Origin: Auanema rhodensis
Lineage: Eukaryota; Animalia; Nematoda
DNA: 64,000 bases
Assembly: GCA_964057225.1 (NCBI GenBank)
Contig: OZ059900.1
Span: 18,538,001 to 18,602,000 of the forward strand
Direction of reading: 5' to 3'
Shown here: one piece after another, positions 11,967-25,640 of the stretch
Position numbering within the stretch: the first letter of the stretch is position 1
Layout of the letters: every line of letters begins with the position of its first letter
The notes under the pieces: generated by a model
The model's database searches: none
The model's input: the letters and a program-made list of their open reading frames with translations, nothing else
Told to the model about the DNA's origin: nothing
Program-made: the position numbers and the translations under genes

Positions 11967-14900
11967 AAATGAAGCATTTTACATGCTGAACACTAGAAAA
12001 ATACAAAAACACAGTATTTCCCATGAGAAATATTTTATTATGCTGGAAAACCAGTTTTTGGAAATTTCGCTGTAAACAAGGTTTTGACTTACGATTTCAT
12101 GTGTTCAAACTCATGCAATGTCAATGAAACCTAGCTCAAAATTGTTCGTACAACGTCTAGTTCCACTTTCACGACAAAAAAACAGGGGTTAGAAAATTAA
12201 GGAAATTAGCATATTCTGAGGGCACGCCCCTTATGGCTAATATTGATTAAATCGATTTTTGTTCATATGAGTCGTCAAATGCAACGAATTTCAGCGTGTT
12301 ACATACTAAAATGAAGCATTTTACATGCTGAACACTAGAAGAATACAAAAACACAGTATTTCCCATGAGAAATATTTTATTATGCTGGAAAACCAGTTTT
12401 TGGAAATTTCGCTGTAAACAAGGTTTTGACTTACGATTTCATGTGTTCAAACTCATGCAATGTCAATGAAACCTAGCTCAAAATTGTTCGTACAACGTCT
12501 AGTTCCACTTTCACGACAAAAAACAAGGGTTAGAAAATTAAGGAAATTAGCATATTCTGAGGGCACGCCCCTTATGGCTAATATTGATTAAATCGATTTT
12601 TGTTCATATGAGTCGTCAAATGCAACGAATTTCAGCGTGTTACATACTAAAATGAAGCATTTTACATGCTGAACACTAGAAAAATACAAAAACACAGTAT
12701 TTCCTATGAGAAATATTTTATTATGCTGGAAAACCAGTTTTTGGAAATTTCGCTGTAAACAAGGTTTTGACTTACGATTTCATGTGTTCAAACTCATGCA
12801 ATGTCAATGAAACCTAGCTCAAAACTGTTCGTACAACGTCTAGTTCCACTTTCACGACAAAAAAACAGGGGTTAGAAAACTAAGGAAATTAGCATATTCT
12901 GAGGGCACGCCCCTTATGGCTAATATTGATTAAATCGATTTTTGTTCATATGAGTCGTCAAATGCAACGAATTTCAGCGTGTTACATACTAAATAGAAGC
13001 ATTTCACATGCTGAACACTAGAAAAATACAAAAACACAGTATTTCCCATGAGAAATATTTTATTATGCTGGAAAACCAGTTTTTGGAAATTTCGCTGTAA
13101 ACAAGGTTTTGACTTACGATTTCATGTGTTCAAACTCATGCAATGTCAATGAAACCTAGCTCAAAATTGTTCGTACAACGTCTAGTTCCACTTTCACGAC
13201 AAAAAAACAGGGGTTACAAAATTAAGGAAATTAGCATATTCTGAGGGCACGCCCCTTATGGCTAATATTGATTAAATCGATTTTTGTTCATATGAGTCGT
13301 CAAATGCAACGAATTTCAGCGTGTTACATACTAAAATGAAGCATCTTACATGCTGAACACTAGAAAAATACAAAAACACAGTATTTCCCATGAGAAATAT
13401 TTTATTATGCTGGAAAACCAGTTTTTGGAAATTTCGCTGTAAACAAGGTTTTGACTTACGATTTCATGTGTTCAAACTCATGTAATGTCAATGAAACCTA
13501 GCTCAAAATTGTTCGTACAACGTCTAGTTCCACTTTCACGACAAAAAAACAGGGGTTAGAAAATTAAGGAAATTAGCATATTCTGAGGGCACGCCCCTTA
13601 TGGCTAATATTGATTAAATCGATTTTTGTTCATATGAGTCGTCAAATGCAACGAATTTCAGCGTGTTACATACTAAAATGAAGCATTTTACATGCTGAAC
13701 ACTAGAAAAATACAAAAACACAGTATTTCCCATGAGAAATATTTTATTATGCTGGAAAACCAGTTTTTGGAAATTTCGCTGTAAACAAGGTTTTGACTTA
13801 CGATTTCATGTGTTCAAACTCATGCAATGTCAATGAAACCTAGCTCAAAATTGTTCGTACAACGTCTAGTTCCACTTTCACGACAAAAAAACAGGGGTTA
13901 CAAAATTAAGGAAATTAGCATATTCTGAGGGCACGCCCCTTATGGCTAATATTGATTAAATCGATTTTTGTTCATATGAGTCGTCAAATGCAACGAATTT
14001 CAGCGTGTTACATACTAAAATGAAGCATCTTACATGCTGAACACTAGAAAAATACAAAAACACAGTATTTCCCATGAGAAATATTTTATTATGCTGGAAA
14101 ACCAGTTTTTGGAAATTTCGCTGTAAACAAGGTTTTGACTTACGATTTCATGTGTTCAAACTCATGTAATGTCAATGAAACCTAGCTCAAAATTGTTCGT
14201 ACAACGTCTAGTTCCACTTTCACGACAAAAAAACAGGGGTTAGAAAATTAAGGAAATTAGCATATTCTGAGGGCACGCCCCTTATGGCTAATATTGATTA
14301 AATCGATTTTTGTTCATATGAGTCGTCAAATGCAACGAATTTCAGCGTGTTACATACTAAAATGAAGCATTTTACATGCTAAACACTAGAAAAATACAAA
14401 AACACAGTATTTCCCATGAGAAATATTTTATTATGCTGGAAAACCAGTTTTTGGAAATTTCGCTGTAAACAAGGTTTTGACTTACGATTTCATGTGTTCA
14501 AACTCATGCAATGTCAATGAAACCTAGCTCAAAATTGTTCGTACAACGTCTAGTTCCACTTTCACGACAAAAAAACAGGGGTTAGAAAATTAAGGAAATT
14601 AGCATATTCTGAGGGCACGCCCCTTATGGCTAATATTGATTAAATCGATTTTTGTTCATATGAGTCGTCAAATGCAACGAATTTCAGCGTGTTACATACT
14701 AAAATGAAGCATTTTACATGCTGAACACTAGAAGAATACAAAAACACAGTATTTCCCATGAGAAATATTTTATTATGCTGGAAAACCAGTTTTTGGAAAT
14801 TTCGCTGTAAACAAGGTTTTGACTTACGATTTCATGTGTTCAAACTCATGCAATGTCAATGAAACCTAGCTCAAAATTGTTCGTACAACGTCTAGTTCCA

Positions 14901-17900
14901 CTTTCACGACAAAAAACAAGGGTTAGAAAATTAAGGAAATTAGCATATTCTGAGGGCACGCCCCTTATGGCTAATATTGATTAAATCGATTTTTGTTCAT
15001 ATGAGTCGTCAAATGCAACGAATTTCAGCGTGTTACATACTAAAATGAAGCATTTTACATGCTGAACACTAGAAAAAAACAAAAACACAGTATTTCCTAT
15101 GAGAAATATTTTATTATGCTGGAAAACCAGTTTTTGGAAATTTCGCTGTAAACAAGGTTTTGACTTACGATTTCATGTGTTCAAACTCATGCAATGTCAA
15201 TGAAACCTAGCTCAAAACTGTTCGTACAACGTCTAGTTCCACTTTCACGACAAAAAAACAGGGGTTAGAAAACTAAGGAAATTAGCATATTCTGAGGGCA
15301 CGCCCCTTATGGCTAATATTGATTAAATCGATTTTTGTTCATATGAGTCGTCAAATGCAACGAATTTCAGCGTGTTACATACTAAATAGAAGCATTTCAC
15401 ATGCTGAACACTAGAAAAATACAAAAACACAGTATTTCCCATGAGAAATATTTTATTATGCTGGAAAACCAGTTTTTGGAAATTTCGCTGTAAACAAGGT
15501 TTTGACTTACGATTTCATGTGTTCAAACTCATGCAATGTCAATGAAACCTAGCTCAAAATTGTTCGTACAACGTCTAGTTCCACTTTCACGACAAAAAAA
15601 CAGGGGTTAGAAAATTAAGGAAATTAGCATATTCTGAGGGCACGCCCCTTATGGCTAATATTGATTAAATCGATTTTTGTTCATATGAGTCGTCAAATGC
15701 AACGAATTTCAGCGTGTTACATACTAAAATGAAGCATTTTACATGCTAAACACTAGAAAAATACAAAAACACAGTATTTCCCATGAGAAATATTTTATTA
15801 TGCTGGAAAACCAGTTTTTGGAAATTTCGCTGTAAACAAGGTTTTGACTTACGATTTCATGTGTTCAAACTCATGCAATGTCAATGAAACCTAGCTCAAA
15901 ATTGTTCGTACAACGTCTAGTTCCACTTTCACGACAAAAAAACAGGGGTTAGAAAATTAAGGAAATTAGCATATTCTGAGGGCACGCCCCTTATGGCTAA
16001 TATTGATTAAATCGATTTTTGTTCATATGAGTCGTCAAATGCAACGAATTTCAGCGTGTTACATACTAAAATGAAGCATTTTACATGCTGAACACTAGAA
16101 GAATACAAAAACACAGTATTTCCCATGAGAAATATTTTATTATGCTGGAAAACCAGTTTTTGGAAATTTCGCTGTAAACAAGGTTTTGACTTACGATTTC
16201 ATGTGTTCAAACTCATGCAATGTCAATGAAACCTAGCTCAAAATTGTTCGTACAACGTCTAGTTCCACTTTCACGACAAAAAACAAGGGTTAGAAAATTA
16301 AGGAAATTAGCATATTCTGAGGGCACGCCCCTTATGGCTAATATTGATTAAATCGATTTTTGTTCATATGAGTCGTCAAATGCAACGAATTTCAGCGTGT
16401 TACATACTAAAATGAAGCATTTTACATGCTGAACACTAGAAAAAAACAAAAACACAGTATTTCCTATGAGAAATATTTTATTATGCTGGAAAACCAGTTT
16501 TTGGAAATTTCGCTGTAAACAAGGTTTTGACTTACGATTTCATGTGTTCAAACTCATGCAATGTCAATGAAACCTAGCTCAAAACTGTTCGTACAACGTC
16601 TAGTTCCACTTTCACGACAAAAAAACAGGGGTTAGAAAACTAAGGAAATTAGCATATTCTGAGGGCACGCCCCTTATGGCTAATATTGATTAAATCGATT
16701 TTTGTTCATATGAGTCGTCAAATGCAACGAATTTCAGCGTGTTACATACTAAATAGAAGCATTTCACATGCTGAACACTAGAAAAATACAAAAACACAGT
16801 ATTTCCCATGAGAAATATTTTATTATGCTGGAAAACCAGTTTTTGGAAATTTCGCTGTAAACAAGGTTTTGACTTACGATTTCATGTGTTCAAACTCATG
16901 CAATGTCAATGAAACCTAGCTCAAAATTGTTCGTACAACGTCTAGTTCCACTTTCACGACAAAAAAACAGGGGTTAGAAAATTAAGGAAATTAGCATATT
17001 CTGAGGGCACGCCCCTTATGGCTAATATTGATTAAATCGATTTTTGTTCATATGAGTCGTCAAATGCAACGAATTTCAGCGTGTTACATACTAAAATGAA
17101 GCATTTTACATGCTGAACACTAGAAAAATACAAAAACACAGTATTTCCCATGAGAAATATTTTATTATGCTGGAAAACCAGTTTTTGGAAATTTCGCTGT
17201 AAACAAGGTTTTGACTTACGATTTCATGTGTTCAAACTCATGCAATGTCAATGAAACCTAGCTCAAAATTGTTCGTACAACGTCTAGTTCCACTTTCACG
17301 ACAAAAAAACAGGGGTTAGAAAATTAAGGAAATTAGCATATTCTGAGGGCACGCCCCTTATGGCTAATATTGATTAAATCGATTTTTGTTCATATGAGTC
17401 GTCAAATGCAACGAATTTCAGCGTGTTACATACTAAAATGAAGCATTTTACATGCTGAACACTAGAAGAATACAAAAACACAGTATTTCCCATGAGAAAT
17501 ATTTTATTATGCTGGAAAACCAGTTTTTGGAAATTTCGCTGTAAACAAGGTTTTGACTTACGATTTCATGTGTTCAAACTCATGCAATGTCAATGAAACC
17601 TAGCTCAAAATTGTTCGTACAACGTCTAGTTCCACTTTCACGACAAAAAACAAGGGTTAGAAAATTAAGGAAATTAGCATATTCTGAGGGCACGCCCCTT
17701 ATGGCTAATATTGATTAAATCGATTTTTGTTCATATGAGTCGTCAAATGCAACGAATTTCAGCGTGTTACATACTAAAATGAAGCATTTTACATGCTGAA
17801 CACTAGAAAAATACAAAAACACAGTATTTCCTATGAGAAATATTTTATTATGCTGGAAAACCAGTTTTTGGAAATTTCGCTGTAAACAAGGTTTTGACTT

Positions 17901-19486
17901 ACGATTTCATGTGTTCAAACTCATGCAATGTCAATGAAACCTAGCTCAAAACTGTTCGTACAACGTCTAGTTCCACTTTCACGACAAAAAAACAGGGGTT
18001 AGAAAACTAAGGAAATTAGCATATTCTGAGGGCACGCCCCTTATGGCTAATATTGATTAAATCGATTTTTGTTCATATGAGTCGTCAAATGCAACGAATT
18101 TCAGCGTGTTACATACTAAATAGAAGCATTTCACATGCTGAACACTAGAAAAATACAAAAACACAGTATTTCCCATGAGAAATATTTTATTATGCTGGAA
18201 AACCAGTTTTTGGAAATTTCGCTGTAAACAAGGTTTTGACTTACGATTTCATGTGTTCAAACTCATGCAATGTCAATGAAACCTAGCTCAAAATTGTTCG
18301 TACAACGTCTAGTTCCACTTTCACGACAAAAAAACAGGGGTTACAAAATTAAGGAAATTAGCATATTCTGAGGGCACGCCCCTTATGGCTAATATTGATT
18401 AAATCGATTTTTGTTCATATGAGTCGTCAAATGCAACGAATTTCAGCGTGTTACATACTAAAATGAAGCATCTTACATGCTGAACACTAGAAAAATACAA
18501 AAACACAGTATTTCCCATGAGAAATATTTTATTATGCTGGAAAACCAGTTTTTGGAAATTTCGCTGTAAACAAGGTTTTGACTTACGATTTCATGTGTTC
18601 AAACTCATGTAATGTCAATGAAACCTAGCTCAAAATTGTTCGTACAACGTCTAGTTCCACTTTCACGACAAAAAAACAGGGGTTAGAAAATTAAGGAAAT
18701 TAGCATATTCTGAGGGCACGCCCCTTATGGCTAATATTGATTAAATCGATTTTTGTTCATATGAGTCGTCAAATGCAACGAATTTCAGCGTGTTACATAC
18801 TAAAATGAAGCATTTTACATGCTGAACACTAGAAAAATACAAAAACACAGTATTTCCCATGAGAAATATTTTATTATGCTGGAAAACCAGTTTTTGGAAA
18901 TTTCGCTGTAAACAAGGTTTTGACTTACGATTTCATGTGTTCAAACTCATGCAATGTCAATGAAACCTAGCTCAAAATTGTTCGTACAACGTCTAGTTCC
19001 ACTTTCACGACAAAAAAACAGGGGTTACAAAATTAAGGAAATTAGCATATTCTGAGGGCACGCCCCTTATGGCTAATATTGATTAAATCGATTTTTGTTC
19101 ATATGAGTCGTCAAATGCAACGAATTTCAGCGTGTTACATACTAAAATGAAGCATCTTACATGCTGAACACTAGAAAAATACAAAAACACAGTATTTCCC
19201 ATGAGAAATATTTTATTATGCTGGAAAACCAGTTTTTGGAAATTTCGCTGTAAACAAGGTTTTGACTTACGATTTCATGTGTTCAAACTCATGTAATGTC
19301 AATGAAACCTAGCTCAAAATTGTTCGTACAACGTCTAGTTCCACTTTCACGACAAAAAAACAGGGGTTAGAAAATTAAGGAAATTAGCATATTCTGAGGG
19401 CACGCCCCTTATGGCTAATATTGATTAAATCGATTTTTGTTCATATGAGTCGTCAAATGCAACGAATTTCAGCGTGTTACATACTA
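11967..19486 (+). repeat. Duplicated 7-monomer block (M36-42 / M51-57), offset 15 monomers (5127 bp)
   Basis: Same ordered variants in both blocks. The diagnostic g226c (gttacaaa) occurs only at 13217, 13901, 18344 and 19028. Confidence 0.85.
14360..17093 (+). repeat. Tandem duplication of a 4-monomer unit (M43-46 / M47-50), period 1367 bp
   Basis: [g22a],[a33g,A6,g219a],[t36a,c56t,t176c,t231c],[aatag,t14c] occurs twice. t36a at 15078 and 16445. Confidence 0.88.
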
Positions 19487-22400
19487 AAATGAAGCATTTT
19501 ACATGCTGAACACTAGAAAAATACAAAAACACAGTATTTCCCATGAGAAATATTTTATTATGCTGGAAAACCAGTTTTTGGAAATTTCGCTGTAAACAAG
19601 GTTTTGAATTACGATTTCATGTGTTCAAACTCATGCAATGTCAATGAAACCTAGCTCAAAATTGTTCGTACAACGTCTAGTTCCACTTTCACGACAAAAA
19701 AACAGGGGTTAGAAAATTAAAGAAATTAGCATATTCTGAGGGCACGCCCCTTATGGCTAATATTGATTAAATCGATTTTTGTTCATATGAGTCGTCAAAT
19801 GCAACGAATTTCAGCGTGTTACATACTAAAATGAAGCATTTTACATGCTAAACACTAGAAAAATACAAAAACACAGTATTTCCCATGAGAAATATTTTAT
19901 TATGCTGGAAAACCAGTTTTTGGAAATTTCGCTGTAAACAAGGTTTTGACTTACGATTTCATGTGTTCAAACTCATGCAATGTCAATGAAACCTAGCTCA
20001 AAATTGTTCGTACAACGTCTAGTTCCACTTTCACGACAAAAAACAGGGGTTAGAAAATTAAGGAAATTAGCATATTCTGAGGGCACGCCCCTTATGGCTA
20101 ATATTGATTAAATCGATTTTTGTTCATATGAGTCGTCAAATGCAACGAATTTCAGCGTGTTACATACTAAAATGAAGCATTTTACATGCTGAACACTAGA
20201 AAAATACAAAAACACAGTATTTCCCATGAGAAATATTTTATTATGCTGGAAAACCAGTTTTTGGAAATTTCGCTGTAAACAAGGTTTTGACTTACGATTT
20301 CATGTGTTCAAACTCATGTAATGTCAATGAAACCTAGCTCAAAATTGTTCGTACAACGTCTAGTTCCACTTTCACGACAAAAAAACAGGGGTTAGAAAAT
20401 TAAGGAATTTAGCATATTCTGAGGGCACGCCCCTTATGGCTAATATTGATTAAATCGATTTTTGTTCATATGAGTCGTCAAATGCAACGAATTTCAGCGT
20501 GTTACATACTAAAATGAAGCATTTTACATGCTAAACACTAGAAAAATACAAAAACACAGTATTTCCCATGAGAAATATTTTATTATGCTGGAAAACCAGT
20601 TTTTGGAAATTTCGCTGTAAACAAAGTTTTGACTTACGATTTCATGTGTTCAAACTCATGCAATGTCAATGAAACCTAGCTCAAAATTGTTTGTACAACG
20701 TCTAGTTCCACTTTCACGACAAAAAAACAGGGGTTAGAAAATTAAGGAAATTAGCATATTCTGAGGGCACGCCCCTTATGGCTAATATTGATTAAATCGA
20801 TTTTTGTTCATATGAGTCGTCAAATGCAACGAATTTCAGCGTGTTACATACTAAAATGAAGCATTTTACATGCTGAACACTAGAAAAATACAAAAACACA
20901 GTATTTCCCATGAGAAATATTTTATTATGCTGGAAAACCAGTTTTTGGAAATTTCGCTGTAAACAAGGTTTTGACTTACGATTTCATGTGTTCAAACTCA
21001 TGTAATGTCAATGAAACCTAGCTCAAAATTGTTCGTACAACGTCTAGTTCCACTTTCACGACAAAAAAACAGGGGTTAGAAAATTAAGGAAATTAGCATA
21101 TTCTGAGGGCACGCCCCTTATGGCTAATATTGATTAAATCGATTTTTGTTCATATGAGTCGTCAAATGCAACGAATTTCAGCGTGTTACATACTAAAATG
21201 AAGCATTTTACATGCTAAACACTAGAAAAATACAAAAACACAGTATTTCCCATGAGAAATATTTTATTATGCTGGAAAACCAGTTTTTGGAAATTTCGCT
21301 GTAAACAAGGTTTTGACTTACGATTTCATGTGTTCAAACTCATGCAATGTCAATGAAACCTAGCTCAAAATTGTTTGTACAACGTCTAGTTCCACTTTCA
21401 CGACAAAAAAACAGGGGTTAGAAAATTAAGGAAATTAGCATATTCTGAGGGCACGCCCCTTATGGCTAATATTGATTAAATCGATTTTTGTTCATATGAG
21501 TCGTCAAATGCAACGAATTTCAGCGTGTTACATACTAAAATGAAGCATTTTACATGCTGAACACTAGAAAAATACAAAAACACAGTATTTCCCATGAGAA
21601 ATATTTTATTATGCTGGAAAACCAGTTTTTGGAAATTTCGCTGTAAACAAGGTTTTGACTTACGATTTCATGTGTTCAAACTCATGCAATGTCAATGAAA
21701 CCTAGCTCAAAATTGTTCGTACAACGTCTAGTTCCACTTTCACGACAAAAAAACAGGGGTTAGAAAATTAAGGAAATTAGCATATTCTGAGGGCACGCCC
21801 CTTATGGCTAATATTGATTAAATCGATTTTTGTTCATATGAGTCGTCAAATGCAACGAATTTCAGCGTGTTACATACTAAAATAAAGCATTTTACATGCT
21901 GAACACTAGAAAAATACAAAAACACAGTATTTCCCATGAGAAATATTTTATTATGCTGGAAAACCAGTTTTTGGAAATTTCGCTGTAAACAAGGTTTTGA
22001 CTTACGATTTCATGTGTTCAAACTCATGCAATGTCAATGAAACCTAGCTCAAAATTGTTCGTACAACGTCTAGTTCCACTTTCACGACAAAAAAACAGGG
22101 GTTAGAAAATTAAGGAAATTAGCATATTCTGAGGGCACGCCCCTTATGGCTAATATTGATTAAATCGATTTTTGTTCATATGAGTCGTCAAATGCAACGA
22201 ATTTCAGCGTGTTACATACTAAAATGAAGCATTTTACATGCTGAACACTAGAAAAATACAAAAACACAGTATTTCCCACGAGAAATATTTTATTATGCTG
22301 GAAAACCAGTTTTTGGAAATTTCGGTGTAAACAAGGTTTTGACTTACGATTTCATGTGTTCAAACTCATGCAATGTCAATGAAACCTAGCTCAAAATTGT

Positions 22401-24956
22401 TCGTACAACGTCTAGTTCCACTTTCACGACAAAAAAACAGGGGTTAGAAAATTAAGGAAATTAGCATATTCTGAGGGCACGCCCCTTATGGCTAATATTG
22501 ATTAAATCGATTTTTGTTCATATGAGTTGTCAAATGCAACGAATTTCAGCGTGTTACATACTAAAATGAAGCATTTTACATGCTGAACACTAGAAAAATA
22601 CAAAAACACAGTATTTCCCATGAGAAATATTTTATTATGCTGGAAAACCAGTTTTTGGAAATTTCGCTGTAAACAAGGTTTTGACTTACGATTTCATGTG
22701 TTCAAACTCATGCAATGTCAATGAAACCTAGCTCAAAACTGTTCGTACAACGTCTAGTTCCACTTTCACGACAAAAAAACAGGGGTTAGAAAACTAAGGA
22801 AATTAGCATATTCTGAGGGCACGCCCCTTATGGCTAATATTGATTAAATCGATTTTTGTTCATATGAGTCGTCAAATGCAACGAATTTCAGCGTGTTACA
22901 TACTAAATAGAAGCATTTCACATGCTGAACACTAGAAAAATACAAAAACACAGTATTTCCCATGAGAAATATTTTATTATGCTGGAAAACCAGTTTTTGG
23001 AAATTTCGCTGTAAACAAGGTTTTGACTTACGATTTCATGTGTTCAAACTCATGCAATGTCAATGAAACCTAGCTCAAAATTGTTCGTACAACGTCTAGT
23101 TCCACTTTCACGACAAAAAAACAGGGGTTAGAAAATTAAGGAAATTAGCATATTCTGAGGGCACGCCCCTTATGGCTAATATTGATTAAATCGATTTTTG
23201 TTCATATGAGTCGTCAAATGCAACGAATTTCAGCGTGTTACATACTAAAATGAAGCATCTTACATGCTGAACACTAGAAAAATACAAAAACACAGTATTT
23301 CCCATGAGAAATATTTTATTATGCTGGAAAACCAGTTTTTGGAAATTTCGCTGTAAACAAGGTTTTGACTTACGATTTCATGTGTTCAAACTCATGTAAT
23401 GTCAATGAAACCTAGCTCAAAATTGTTCGTACAACGTCTAGTTCCACTTTCACGACAAAAAAACAGGGGTTAGAAAATTAAGGAAATTAGCATATTCTGA
23501 GGGCACGCCCCTTATGGCTAATATTGATTAAATCGATTTTTGTTCATATGAGTCGTCAAATGCAACGAATTTCAGCGTGTTACATACTAAAATGAAGCAT
23601 TTTACATGCTGAACACTAGAAAAATACAAAAACACAGTATTTCCCATGAGAAATATTTTATTATGCTGGAAAACCAGTTTTTGGAAATTTCGCTGTAAAC
23701 AAGGTTTTGACTTACGATTTCATGTGTTCAAACTCATGCAATGTCAATGAAACCTAGCTCAAAATTGTTCGTACAACGTCTAGTTCCACTTTCACGACAA
23801 AAAAACAGGGGTTAGAAAATTAAAGAAATTAGCATATTCTGAGGGCACGCCCCTTATGGCTAATATTGATTAAATCGATTTTTGTTCATATGAGTCGTCA
23901 AATGCAACGAATTTCAGCGTGTTACATACTAAAATGAAGCATTTTACATGCTAAACACTAGAAAAATACAAAAACACAGTATTTCCCATGAGAAATATTT
24001 TATTATGCTGGAAAACCAGTTTTTGGAAATTTCGCTGTAAACAAGGTTTTGACTTACGATTTCATGTGTTCAAACTCATGCAATGTCAATGAAACCTAGC
24101 TCAAAATTGTTCGTACAACGTCTAGTTCCACTTTCACGACAAAAAACAGGGGTTAGAAAATTAAGGAAATTAGCATATTCTGAGGGCACGCCCCTTATGG
24201 CTAATATTGATTAAATCGATTTTTGTTCATATGAGTCGTCAAATGCAACGAATTTCAGCGTGTTACATACTAAAATGAAGCATTTTACATGCTGAACACT
24301 AGAAAAATACAAAAACACAGTATTTCCCATGAGAAATATTTTATTATGCTGGAAAACCAGTTTTTGGAAATTTCGCTGTAAACAAGGTTTTGACTTACGA
24401 TTTCATGTGTTCAAACTCATGTAATGTCAATGAAACCTAGCTCAAAATTGTTCGTACAACGTCTAGTTCCACTTTCACGACAAAAAAACAGGGGTTAGAA
24501 AATTAAGGAAATTAGCATATTCTGAGGGCACGCCCCTTATGGCTAATATTGATTAAATCGATTTTTGTTCATATGAGTCGTCAAATGCAACGAATTTCAG
24601 CGTGTTACATACTAAAATGAAGCATTTTACATGCTAAACACTAGAAAAATACAAAAACACAGTATTTCCCATGAGAAATATTTTATTATGCTGGAAAACC
24701 AGTTTTTGGAAATTTCGCTGTAAACAAAGTTTTGACTTACGATTTCATGTGTTCAAACTCATGCAATGTCAATGAAACCTAGCTCAAAATTGTTTGTACA
24801 ACGTCTAGTTCCACTTTCACGACAAAAAAACAGGGGTTAGAAAATTAAGGAAATTAGCATATTCTGAGGGCACGCCCCTTATGGCTAATATTGATTAAAT
24901 CGATTTTTGTTCATATGAGTCGTCAAATGCAACGAATTTCAGCGTGTTACATACTA
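19145..24956 (+). repeat. Duplicated 5-monomer block (M57-61 / M69-73), offset 12 monomers (4103 bp)
   Basis: [t12c,c150t],[g235a],[g22a,A6-cagggg],[c150t],[g22a,g114a,c181t] occurs twice. g235a at 19721 and 23824. The first copy has two extra private variants. Confidence 0.8.
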
Positions 24957-25640
24957 AAATGAAGCATTTTACATGCTGAACACTAGAAAAATACAAAAAC
25001 ACAGTATTTCCCATGAGAAATATTTTATTATGCTGGAAAACCAGTTTTTGGAAATTTCGCTGTAAACAAGGTTTTGACTTACGATTTCATGTGTTCAAAC
25101 TCATGCAATGTCAATGAAACCTAGCTCAAAATTGTTCGTACAACGTCTAGTTCCACTTTCACGACAAAAAAACAGGGGTTAGAAAATTAAGGAAATTAGC
25201 ATATTCTGAGGGCACGCCCCTTATGGCTAATATTGATTAAATCGATTTTTGTTCATATGAGTCGTCAAATGCAACGAATTTCAGCGTGTTACATACTAAA
25301 ATGAAGCATTTTACATGCTGAACACTAGAAAAATACAAAAACACAGTATTTCCCATGAGAAATATTTTATTATGCTGGAAAACCAGTTTTTGGAAATTTC
25401 GCTGTAAACAAGGTTTTGACTTACGATTTCATGTGTTCAAACTCATGCAATGTCAATGAAACCTAGCTCAAAATTGTTCGTACAACGTCTAGTTCCACTT
25501 TCACGACAAAAAAACAGGGGTTAGAAAATTAAGGAAATTAGCATATTCTGAGGGCACGCCCCTTATGGCTAATATTGATTAAATCGATTTTTGTTCATAT
25601 GAGTCGTCAAATGCAACGAATTTCAGCGTGTTACATACTA